Below, one piece after another: positions 17,303 to 25,012 of a DNA stretch of 32,000 nucleotides (position 1 is its first letter; the number at the start of each line of letters is the position of its first letter). The notes beneath the pieces are model-generated. The model was given only the letters and a program-made list of their open reading frames with translations. It had not been told where the DNA came from and did not search any database. The position numbers and the translations under genes are program-made. The stretch lies in contig NZ_LN831024.1 in the NCBI RefSeq assembly GCF_001457615.1, forward strand, positions 3,210,001 to 3,242,000. Direction: 5' to 3'. The stretch comes from Pseudomonas aeruginosa. GTDB taxonomy: Bacteria > Pseudomonadota > Gammaproteobacteria > Pseudomonadales > Pseudomonadaceae.

Positions 17303-19177
17303 ATGCATCCGACCTTTTCGCGGGTCCTGCTGGCCGCCGCACTGGCCGCCGCCGGCAGCCCTGCCGTCGCCACCGAAATCCAGCTCGAGCAAGGCTGGAA
17401 CGCCGAGCAACGCGCCTCCTGGTACGACGCCTCGCTCGGTTCGCGGCTGCTGCCGCTGGCCTGGGCCCAGGCGCTGGAGCGTCCGGACAGCGAGGAGCGC
17501 CTGTTCTCCGAAGACAACGCCCGGCGCCTCGGCTTTCCCCTGCGCAACTGGCAAGGCGGCGAACTGCGCCTGCCGCGCGGCTTCGCCCTCGACCAGCAGG
17601 ACGACAGCCAGTTCTCCGACACCCGCCTGCGCTGGAAAGCCCGCCAGTCGTCCAGCGAACCCTGGGTCGGGCTGAATTGCGCCGGCTGCCACTCCACCGA
17701 CATCAGTTACCGCGGCAGCGAACTGACCGTCGACGCCGGCGCCACCCTGGCCAACGTCCAGGCGATCTTCGACGAAGTGCTCGCCGCGCTGCGCCGCACC
17801 AGCGACGACGGCGACAAGTTCGCGCGCTTCGCCGGCAACGTCCTCGGCAGCGAGGACAGCCCGGCCAACCGCGAGCTGCTGAAGGCCGCCCTGGTCAAAC
17901 GCGCGGCGCTGATCGACACCCTGCTGAGCATGTCCGCGACCGACCTGCAACCCGGCCCGGGGCGCCTCGACGCCACCGGCCAGTCACTCAACCGCACGGC
18001 GATCAACTCCGGCGCCCGCCATCTGCAAGCGAACCCGACCGACGCGCCGACCAGCTTCCCGGCACTGTGGCACACGTTGCAGATGGACAAGCTGCAATCC
18101 AGCGGATTCGTGCCCAACGTCAAGGTCCTCGATCTCAACGGCCAGGTCTTCGACCTCGGCTACCTGGCCGGCGACATCGGTGTGGTCCAGGGCGACTACG
18201 GCGACGTGGTCAGCCATCCGCTGTCCGGCCTGGAGGGCTATATATCGAGCATCCGCGTGGACAACCTGACCCGTGTCGAGGGCCTGATCCACAAGCTCAA
18301 GGCGCCGGCCTGGCCGAGCCAGCTGTTCGGCGCCCCGGACAGCGCCAGGCTGGCCCAGGGCAAGCGCCTCTACGAGGAGAACTGCGCGGCCTGCCATGCG
18401 AGCATCGGCCGCGACGACCTGCAAACCCCGATCAAGGTCCGCCAGGTGCGCCTGAAGGCCCATGGCGACGACGCGCCGATCGGCACCGACCCGTGGATGG
18501 CCTGCAACACCTTCACCTTCAGCAGCCCCAGCGGCAACTACTTCGGCCTGTTCCGACCTTCCCTCGGCACCCCCAGCGGCGTCGGCATCGTCGGGCGGAC
18601 TTCGAAGATCGCCGACATGCAGGTCCCCGAGGTGTTCCAGATCATGCTCGGCAAGAAAGGCCAGCTGGCCGACGGCATCGCCGAGATCATCCACGCCATC
18701 GTCACCGGGCAGCAGACCCTGCCCGGCTCCGACAGCCTGCAAGCGGTGCCCGCCGGACAATTGCTGCTGGCCGGCGCCGCCCCTGCCGACAGCCAGGCGC
18801 AGAGCCTCGCCGCCGGCGAAGTCCCCACCGACAAGAGTGCGCGCAAGGACTACTGCCTGAATACCGAGCATCCATTCCTCGGCTACATCGCTCGCCCGCT
18901 GAACGGCATCTGGGCCACCGCACCCTACCTGCACAACGGTTCGGTGCCGTCGCTGTACGACCTGCTGCTGCCCCAGGAGCAACGGCCGGCCACCTTCTAC
19001 ACCGGCAGCCACGAGTTCGATCCGAGCCGGGTCGGCTACCTCACCGCGCCCGGCCCGGACAACGCCTTCCTCTTCGACACCCACCTGGAAGGCAACTCCA
19101 ACGCCGGCCACGACTTCGCCCGCGAGTACGACGAAAGCCAGCGCCTGGCGTTGCTCGAATACCTCAAGACCCTGTGA
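17303..19177 (+). CDS. secreted diheme cytochrome c peroxidase-like enzyme; hydroperoxide diol synthase of the oleate-oxidising pair (PA2078-like)
   Basis: 624 aa, signal peptide MHPTFSRVLLAAALAAAGSPAVATE; two CXXCH haem motifs (CAGCH, CAACH). Specific function assigned from remembered locus identity. Confidence 0.88.
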   Translation: MHPTFSRVLLAAALAAAGSPAVATEIQLEQGWNAEQRASWYDASLGSRLLPLAWAQALERPDSEERLFSEDNARRLGFPLRNWQGGELRLPRGFALDQQDDSQFSDTRLRWKARQSSSEPWVGLNCAGCHSTDISYRGSELTVDAGATLANVQAIFDEVLAALRRTSDDGDKFARFAGNVLGSEDSPANRELLKAALVKRAALIDTLLSMSATDLQPGPGRLDATGQSLNRTAINSGARHLQANPTDAPTSFPALWHTLQMDKLQSSGFVPNVKVLDLNGQVFDLGYLAGDIGVVQGDYGDVVSHPLSGLEGYISSIRVDNLTRVEGLIHKLKAPAWPSQLFGAPDSARLAQGKRLYEENCAACHASIGRDDLQTPIKVRQVRLKAHGDDAPIGTDPWMACNTFTFSSPSGNYFGLFRPSLGTPSGVGIVGRTSKIADMQVPEVFQIMLGKKGQLADGIAEIIHAIVTGQQTLPGSDSLQAVPAGQLLLAGAAPADSQAQSLAAGEVPTDKSARKDYCLNTEHPFLGYIARPLNGIWATAPYLHNGSVPSLYDLLLPQEQRPATFYTGSHEFDPSRVGYLTAPGPDNAFLFDTHLEGNSNAGHDFAREYDESQRLALLEYLKTL

Positions 19178-19216
19178 GCCGGCCCCGCCCACATGCCCAA
19201 TAGAGAGAACCGCCCG

Positions 19217-21121
19217 ATGACCCTATCGCGACTCAGCCTTGCCATCCTTTCCGTCCTCGCCGGTGCCCCGGCATTCGCCGACGACAGCGGCGTCGACCTC
19301 GACCAGGGCTGGAACCAGACCCAGAAGACCGCCTGGCTGGAAGCCGGCCAGGGCTCGCGGATGCTGCCGCTGGCCTGGCTGGTGGCGCTGGAGCAGCGCG
19401 CCAGCGAAGAACCGCTGATGTCCGATGCGCTGATCCGCCAGTACGGCTATGTCCCGCACACCCTCGGCGGTTCCAGCGTGAAGGTGGTGCAGGGCTACGC
19501 GGTCGACCGCAGCGACGACAGCGACCTGACCTTCACCAAGCTGCGCTGGAAAGCCCTGCAGGGCTCCAGGGAACCCTGGGTCGGACCGACCTGCAGCATG
19601 TGCCACACTTCGCACATCAGCTACCAGGGCACCCAGCTGACCGTCTACGGCGGGCAGACCATGGGCGACCTCGCCGGCTTCCAGCTGGAGATCCTCGGCG
19701 CCCTGCAGAGCACCCGCGCCGACACCGCCAAGTTCGAGCGCTTCGCCCGCAAGGTGCTCGGCGCCGACGGCCTGGTCAGCGGCTACAACGATGCCAACAA
19801 GGCACGCCTGCAGGCAGCCCTGGACGCCACCATCGTGCGCCTGCGCGACGGCTCGCACTTCAACCTGCCGCACGATCCCGAGTTCGGCCCGGGCCGCCTG
19901 GACGCCATCGGTTCGATCTTCAACTCGGTGGGCTACGAACTGCATGCCAACGAGCAGATCTACGGCGCCGAGGACGCCCCCGTGAGCTATCCGTTCCTGT
20001 GGAACGTACCGCAGCTGGACCGCGTACAGTGGACCGGCTTCAACCCGAACCACATCAACGTGGTCGAGATCGACAACCGCAAGTTCGACGTCGGCGCCCT
20101 GGCGCGCAACGCCGGCGAGGCGGTCGGGGTATTCGCCGACGTCAAGGTGCTCAGCCCGATCCAGTCGGCGCTGCACATCGGCTACCCGTCGAGCATCAAC
20201 GTCGACAACCTGATCCGCATCGAAGACCAGCTCGGCCAACTGAAGCCGCCGGCCTGGCCGAACCAGCTGTTCGGCGCCCCGGAGCCGACCAGGGTCGCCG
20301 AGGGCCGCGAGCTGTACCGGCAACATTGCTCCAGCTGCCACACGCCGCTGGACCGCAACGACCTGCGGACCCCGGTGAAGACCGTGCTCACCCACCTGCA
20401 GGCGCGCGGCGAGGTCGCGCCGATCGGCACCGACCCGTGGACCGCCTGCAACAGCATCGCCCAGCTGAAGACCGGCTACGTGCGCGGCAAGCCCTACCTG
20501 TCCTTCGTCGGCACCGGCCAGCGCGGTTTCTACGGCAAGCAGGCCTATGCGGTGGACGTGCTCCAGGAAGTGGTGGTCCAGGCCCTGGCCGCGCGCGGCC
20601 TGAGCGTCGCCCTGGGTGCCTTCCAGACCGCCGCCCTGGGCATCTTCGACGGGCAGTTGCCGCCGCTGATCAGTCCGGTTCCGGACAGTCCCGATGCCGC
20701 CAGCGCCGAAGCGCCCGCCGCGGACGCGCCAGGCGCCCTGCTCCTGGCCGAAAACGTCGCGGCCGACAGCGACAAGGCCCGGCGCCTGGAGCAGTGCCTG
20801 GCGATGACCAGCGACCTGATGGCCTACAAGGCGCGCCCGCTGAACGGTATCTGGGCCAGCCCGCCCTACCTGCACAACGGCTCGGTGGCGACCCTCTACG
20901 ACCTGCTGCTGCCGCCGGACCTGCGGCCACGGACCTTCTACACCGGCAGCGTCGAGTTCGACCCGGTCAACGTCGGCTACATCACCGATGCCGGCGGCGC
21001 CAACCGCTTCCTCTTCGACAGCGGCAAGCCGGGCAACGCCAATGGCGGCCACGACTACGGCAACGCGCAGTTCAACGAGCAGCAGCGCCGCGCCCTGGTC
21101 GAGTACATGAAGACCCTCTGA
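19217..21121 (+). CDS. secreted diheme cytochrome c peroxidase-like enzyme; oleate 10S-dioxygenase (PA2077-like)
   Basis: 634 aa from MTLSRLSLAILSVLAGAPAFADD (signal peptide); two CXXCH motifs (CSMCH, CSSCH). Extensive similarity to the preceding gene (DQGWNQTQKTAW / EQGWNAEQRASW; PLNGIWASPPYLHNGSV / PLNGIWATAPYLHNGSV). An in-frame upstream start at 19193 exists. Confidence 0.88.
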   Translation: MTLSRLSLAILSVLAGAPAFADDSGVDLDQGWNQTQKTAWLEAGQGSRMLPLAWLVALEQRASEEPLMSDALIRQYGYVPHTLGGSSVKVVQGYAVDRSDDSDLTFTKLRWKALQGSREPWVGPTCSMCHTSHISYQGTQLTVYGGQTMGDLAGFQLEILGALQSTRADTAKFERFARKVLGADGLVSGYNDANKARLQAALDATIVRLRDGSHFNLPHDPEFGPGRLDAIGSIFNSVGYELHANEQIYGAEDAPVSYPFLWNVPQLDRVQWTGFNPNHINVVEIDNRKFDVGALARNAGEAVGVFADVKVLSPIQSALHIGYPSSINVDNLIRIEDQLGQLKPPAWPNQLFGAPEPTRVAEGRELYRQHCSSCHTPLDRNDLRTPVKTVLTHLQARGEVAPIGTDPWTACNSIAQLKTGYVRGKPYLSFVGTGQRGFYGKQAYAVDVLQEVVVQALAARGLSVALGAFQTAALGIFDGQLPPLISPVPDSPDAASAEAPAADAPGALLLAENVAADSDKARRLEQCLAMTSDLMAYKARPLNGIWASPPYLHNGSVATLYDLLLPPDLRPRTFYTGSVEFDPVNVGYITDAGGANRFLFDSGKPGNANGGHDYGNAQFNEQQRRALVEYMKTL

Positions 21122-21131
21122 AGCCCCTTGC

Positions 21132-21152
21132 GCGGCCGGCGCTCCCGGCCGC
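21132..21152. terminator. GC hairpin in the convergent gap between the dioxygenase gene and the LysR gene
   Basis: Perfect 8-bp stem GCGGCCGG (21132-21139) / CCGGCCGC (21145-21152), 5-nt loop, in the 36-nt space between convergent stops. Confidence 0.5.
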
Positions 21153-21157
21153 CTCCC

Positions 21158-22108
21158 TCAACCGGCGGCGACCCGCCGCGCGGTCTCGACGAAGCATTCG
21201 AACTGGGTGTCGCTGGCGCGAAGCCGCGAAGTCGGCGACACCGCCAGCCCCACCGGCAGGCGGAAGCCTTCGTTGACCGCCGCCGGCAGAGCGGTGAAGG
21301 CCACCCCCGGATAGGCAAACTTGGTCAGCGACAACGGCAGGAAGGCGAAGCCGTCGCCGCTGGCGACCTGGGCCAGGAGAATGCTCAGGTCGTTCGGCCG
21401 CACGCTGCGCCGGGGCGCGAAGGCAGCGGCATCCATCGCATCGTTCATGAACTGGCTGTAGGCGGGAAACAGCGAGTCCTTCGGTACCAGCAGCGGCTCG
21501 CCGATCAGGTCGTTCAGCGACCAGTCGGGCGCCAGTCGCCGGTGCAGGGTTTCCGACAGGGCGATGACGTGCTCGTAGCTGCCGATCTCCATCAACTCGT
21601 ATTCACGCACCACCTTCGGCGGCGCGCCGATGATCGCCGCGTCCAGGGACGACTCGCGGACCAGGCTGAGCAGGTCCAGCGATGGCGCCCAGGATGGCGA
21701 AACGGCGCTGCACACCCGCGCTTCCTTCAGTTGCCGGGCCAGCTCGCCGGACCAGCCGGGATCGAGGTAGCGGCTGAAACCGATGTGCAACTGGCGGTCG
21801 TCGCCGTCGCCGATGTCGCGGGTCAGCGCCTTGGCCTCGGCGATGATCTTCACCGCGCGGCAATGCACCACCCTGCCCACTTCGGTCAGGCTCACCCCGG
21901 CCGGACCGCGGACGAACAGCGCCTCGCCGATGTGCGCTTCGAGCGCCTGGATCTGCCGCGACAGCGACGGCTGCGAAACGTGCAGCACCTCGGCGGCCTG
22001 GCCGATGCTGCCGTACTCGGCGACACAGGCGAAATACATCAGCTGGCGCAACGAAGGCATCGCCTTCGACCAGTTGATGATCGGGAAACTGGCATCGGTC
22101 ACGGACAT
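21158..22108 (-). CDS. odsR: LysR-family transcriptional regulator (OdsR-like)
   Basis: LysR wHTH MPSLRQLMYFACVAEYGSIGQAAEVLHVSQPSLSRQIQALEAHIGEALFVRG. Alternative in-frame starts at 22117 and 22060. Symbol from remembered synteny next to the oleate dioxygenase/diol synthase genes. Confidence 0.82.
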   Translation of the reverse strand: MSVTDASFPIINWSKAMPSLRQLMYFACVAEYGSIGQAAEVLHVSQPSLSRQIQALEAHIGEALFVRGPAGVSLTEVGRVVHCRAVKIIAEAKALTRDIGDGDDRQLHIGFSRYLDPGWSGELARQLKEARVCSAVSPSWAPSLDLLSLVRESSLDAAIIGAPPKVVREYELMEIGSYEHVIALSETLHRRLAPDWSLNDLIGEPLLVPKDSLFPAYSQFMNDAMDAAAFAPRRSVRPNDLSILLAQVASGDGFAFLPLSLTKFAYPGVAFTALPAAVNEGFRLPVGLAVSPTSRLRASDTQFECFVETARRVAAG

Positions 22109-22484
22109 TGCGTACATACCCCTCGCTGGCAACACGGGTCGGATCGGCACGGACAGGGAAACCCCGGGACGGCGCGACGAGCGACCGCCGGCCGCCTTCA
22201 TCCGAAAGCCGTTTCGCGGCAGAAGAACGAAAGATAGGTAGCGGAGATGACAGGAAGCGCGACGTTCGGGTCCGGGACGCTCTTCATGGACGGCGTCTTG
22301 TTCCCGCGCCGCCAGTATAGCCAGGCGGCATGGGAAACTGGCCATGCGGCGCGCCACCACCGCGGGCCACCCTCGCCGTTCGGATAGGTCCCCTTGCCAG
22401 GTCGGTCCGAAGCTGCCGGGGGCTATCGAAAGCGCTGCGCCGTGGGCACCGGCCACGAACGCAGGCCACCCCGTCGGCAGCGGC

Positions 22485-22515
22485 TGAACCGCTTCGTCTT
22501 TTCGTGAACCGCTTC
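22485..22515 (+). repeat. tandem 11-nt direct repeats, possible regulator site upstream of the 69-aa gene
   Basis: TGAACCGCTTC at 22485-22495 and again at 22505-22515, exactly 20 bp apart, 58 bp upstream of the start codon at 22574. Confidence 0.35.
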
Positions 22516-22573
22516 CGTGTCGGCGGAGCGCCAGGGGGGCTACGCTGAGTTTTTCAGGATCAGGAGTACCGCC

Positions 22574-22783
22574 ATGCTGGATCACGACCTGACTGTCGCC
22601 CTGCTCTGCCGTCTCAACCAGAACCAGAGTGCCCTCGGCATGGCCCTGGAGGAGCTGGCGATCTGGGCGAAGCGCCATGAAGGCGGCGAAACCTACGATG
22701 TCGTCATGAACCACCTGCAGACCCTGGAGCGCAATGCCGACTTCGTCGCCGAGGCCATCGTCGTCCTGATGGCGGATCGCTGA
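22574..22783 (+). CDS. small conserved hypothetical protein (69 aa)
   Basis: MLDHDLTVALLCRLNQNQSALGMALEELAIWAKRHEGGETYDVVMNHLQTLERNADFVAEAIVVLMADR. Preceded by AGGAGTACCGCC (good RBS). Predicted all-helical from composition. Confidence 0.65.
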   Translation: MLDHDLTVALLCRLNQNQSALGMALEELAIWAKRHEGGETYDVVMNHLQTLERNADFVAEAIVVLMADR

Positions 22784-22843
22784 AGCGCGCCGCCCCCGTA
22801 CGAGCGGACGAGCCTGCGCGGTGTGCTGGGCACGGTGCGCAGT

Positions 22844-22860
22844 AAAATCTTCAAGATTTT
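22844..22860. promoter_or_regulatory. 17-bp palindrome, operator-like, upstream of the coiled-coil protein gene
   Basis: AAAATCTT-C-AAGATTTT, perfect 8-bp arms with a single central base, followed by TCTTAC; lies in an AT-rich patch 100 bp before the ATG at 22960. Confidence 0.35.
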
Positions 22861-22959
22861 TCTTACAAGGCAATAGGACTCGTCCAAGTTACCTCGCCCA
22901 TAGCTCCCGGTACCCTCGCCCGTTACACCTTTCAAGCACCAACGGGATCTCCAGGGCTT

Positions 22960-24621
22960 ATGCTTCTTCGAACCATCAGTGTGGAAACTGCCGAGCAGAC
23001 GGAACTGAATGCGGCCTTGTTGTGTGGTTTCGCCATTCCCGCCAGCGACCGCAACTTCATCGCCTACAGCCTCAACGAACAGGTCGACGAAAACGACTCG
23101 CGCGTCTACATCGCCTCCCTGTTCAAGACCGACGACGGCTTCCGCCTGGGCCGTCTCGACACCGACGAGGCCTGCGAGGCGGCCATCCAGGTGTTCCGCC
23201 AACTGGTCCGCGAAGCCACCACCGGCAACCGCCGGACCAGCGATCTGGCCTACCACCTCATCGACCTGCAGGACGCGGCCATCGCCCCCTCGCGGCGGGA
23301 AGAACACCGCTCCCTGGTGCTCGAACGCGAATGGGTGATGAAGCTCGTCACCTTCGAGTCCCCCCATGGCTACGGCCCCGCCCTGGATGGCGAGGAACCC
23401 TGCGCGGAAGTCCCGCCGCTCGTCCAGGAGGCCCTTTTCGAAGACGCCGCTCCCGATGTCCTCGCCGAAGACGATGCGGACGAGACCACGGACGGGCCGG
23501 CGGAGCCCATCGACGAGCCCGAGGCGGCGGAAGACGAAACCGTCACCGAGGCCGGATGCGTCGAGCCCGAGCCGCGGCCGGATGCGGAAACGGCAGCGCC
23601 CGAGGGTGGGGCTCCAGCCGAGTTCGCGGCGAAAGCGGAGCAGTCCGCCAAGGTAGCGGATGCCGAGGCCATCGGCGCCTTCGTCGACAACGCCAGTCAT
23701 CTTCGCGAGGAGCTTGCCGACCTGGCGCAGATGCTCCACCCCGCGCTGCACGCCGCCGACGCCACGGGCAGCGCCAACCTTCCGTCTCCAGACGCCGCCG
23801 AGGAATCCTCCATGCCCCCGAGCCCCTCCCCCCTCGCCGCACCCGCGCCGGAACCGGTATCGGCCAGGGTCCCCAGCCTGTCGCTGCGCCTCCGGGTGCC
23901 GCCCGCACGCCTGGCCGGCGCCGAGGGCGGGGCCAACGCCAGAGAGGCGCCCACCCAGGCCGCCGCCGTCATTCGCCAACCCGAGGATGAAGCCCACGTG
24001 GATACGGATACCGCGCTCGATATCGGCAACGATACCGAGCATCTGCTACAGGACGTGCAGGGCACCCTGGCCGACCTCGCCGGCATGGCCCAGCAACTGA
24101 GCCAGCAGAAGCAGGAAGCGCTCAAGCAGCAGGAGTCGCTGGAGTCGCTCCAGACGCAACTGCACGAGAAGGAGCGGCAATTGCAGGAAAAGGAAAAGCA
24201 GCTCCGGCAGTGGCACAAGCGCCTGCAGGACGACCGCCAGGCGCTGGAGCGGGAAACCGAGCAGAGCAACCGTCTCCTCGCCGAGCGCAGCGCGGCCCTG
24301 CAACAACTCGCGGAAAGCGTCGAAGCCCGCGAGCGCAGCAGCGCGCGGCGAGCCGAAGTACTGCAGATCGAGCAGGAACGCCTCGAAGAGTTGCGCAGCC
24401 AGCAGAACCTGCGCCAGGCCGAACTGGAAAAGCGCGAAGCCAGCGTCCAACAGCGCAGCCTGGAACTCGGCGAGCGCTTCAAGAAGCTGGAAAGCGCCCG
24501 CGAGAAGCTGGCGCAGATCGTCAAGGGTTTCAACGAGACCGTACAGTTCAATACCGCTCTGCACGCCATCAGTCATACCGGGTTGAAGCGCCAGGAAGAG
24601 AGCGCAGCCGAACTGGAATAA
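22960..24621 (+). CDS. hypothetical protein with globular N-terminus, acidic/Pro-Ala-rich linker and long C-terminal coiled coil
   Basis: 553 aa. C-terminus from about residue 350 is heptad-like and Gln/Glu-rich (QQLSQQKQEALKQQESLESLQTQLHEKERQLQEKEKQLRQWHKRLQ...). Followed 14 nt later by a strong intrinsic terminator. Confidence 0.85.
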   Translation: MLLRTISVETAEQTELNAALLCGFAIPASDRNFIAYSLNEQVDENDSRVYIASLFKTDDGFRLGRLDTDEACEAAIQVFRQLVREATTGNRRTSDLAYHLIDLQDAAIAPSRREEHRSLVLEREWVMKLVTFESPHGYGPALDGEEPCAEVPPLVQEALFEDAAPDVLAEDDADETTDGPAEPIDEPEAAEDETVTEAGCVEPEPRPDAETAAPEGGAPAEFAAKAEQSAKVADAEAIGAFVDNASHLREELADLAQMLHPALHAADATGSANLPSPDAAEESSMPPSPSPLAAPAPEPVSARVPSLSLRLRVPPARLAGAEGGANAREAPTQAAAVIRQPEDEAHVDTDTALDIGNDTEHLLQDVQGTLADLAGMAQQLSQQKQEALKQQESLESLQTQLHEKERQLQEKEKQLRQWHKRLQDDRQALERETEQSNRLLAERSAALQQLAESVEARERSSARRAEVLQIEQERLEELRSQQNLRQAELEKREASVQQRSLELGERFKKLESAREKLAQIVKGFNETVQFNTALHAISHTGLKRQEESAAELE

Positions 24622-24635
24622 GGTTCTCCTCCGGC

Positions 24636-24673
24636 AAAAGGGCGCGGCGCCGATACTGGCCCGCGCCCTTTTT
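24636..24673 (+). terminator. strong, bidirectional-looking rho-independent terminator
   Basis: Perfect 12-bp inverted repeat AAAAGGGCGCGG (24636-24647) / CCGCGCCCTTTT (24661-24672) with T-run 24669-24673, just after the stop at 24621. Confidence 0.93.
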
Positions 24674-24691
24674 CATTCGCCCAGCTGCGCC

Positions 24692-24859
24692 TGGCCGCTC
24701 GCCCTCGGGACGCGGTGCCGCCGGCCAGTTCACCGGTGCGCAGAGCAGTTGTGCGCCGGACAGCGCCGGCAGGCGCACCCATTCGGGAAACTCCAGGTCG
24801 TAGCAGACCATCACCGCGATTCGCCCGAAGCGGGTGGCGACCACCGGCGCTGGCCCTGG
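24692..24859 (-). pseudogene. remnant of a nitrilase/carbon-nitrogen hydrolase gene, truncated at both ends
   Basis: Reverse translation PGPAPVVATRFGRIAVMVCYDLEFPEWVRLPALSGAQLLCAPVNWPAAPRPEGERP contains the family Cys-nucleophile motif (MVCYDLEFPEW) and following strand. An intact enzyme of this family is about 260-300 aa; here only about 56 recognisable residues lie in a 391-bp gap. Confidence 0.75.
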
Positions 24860-25012
24860 CACAAGGCCATGGGAAGGACGGAGTGTCGGCAAGCGAAGAC
24901 GGGAAGGGAATCAGTCAGGTCAAATAATCAGTTGAGCATTCTCTGAACCATACGCAGGGCGTTCGCTGAACCGAGGGCCGCTGAGGCTCCGCGTGGTCTC
25001 TTCTGCCCCCGC

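Noticed and set aside
15428-17950. 840-aa minus-strand ORF opposite the permease/diheme genes
   Set aside because: Antisense low-complexity frame lacking motifs.
22109-22533. Additional small ORFs (for example 22108..22320 +, 22284..22469 -, 22330..22548 +)
   Set aside because: Arg/Pro-rich, no RBS or motif. Better treated as non-coding sequence unless transcript or ribosome-profiling data say otherwise.
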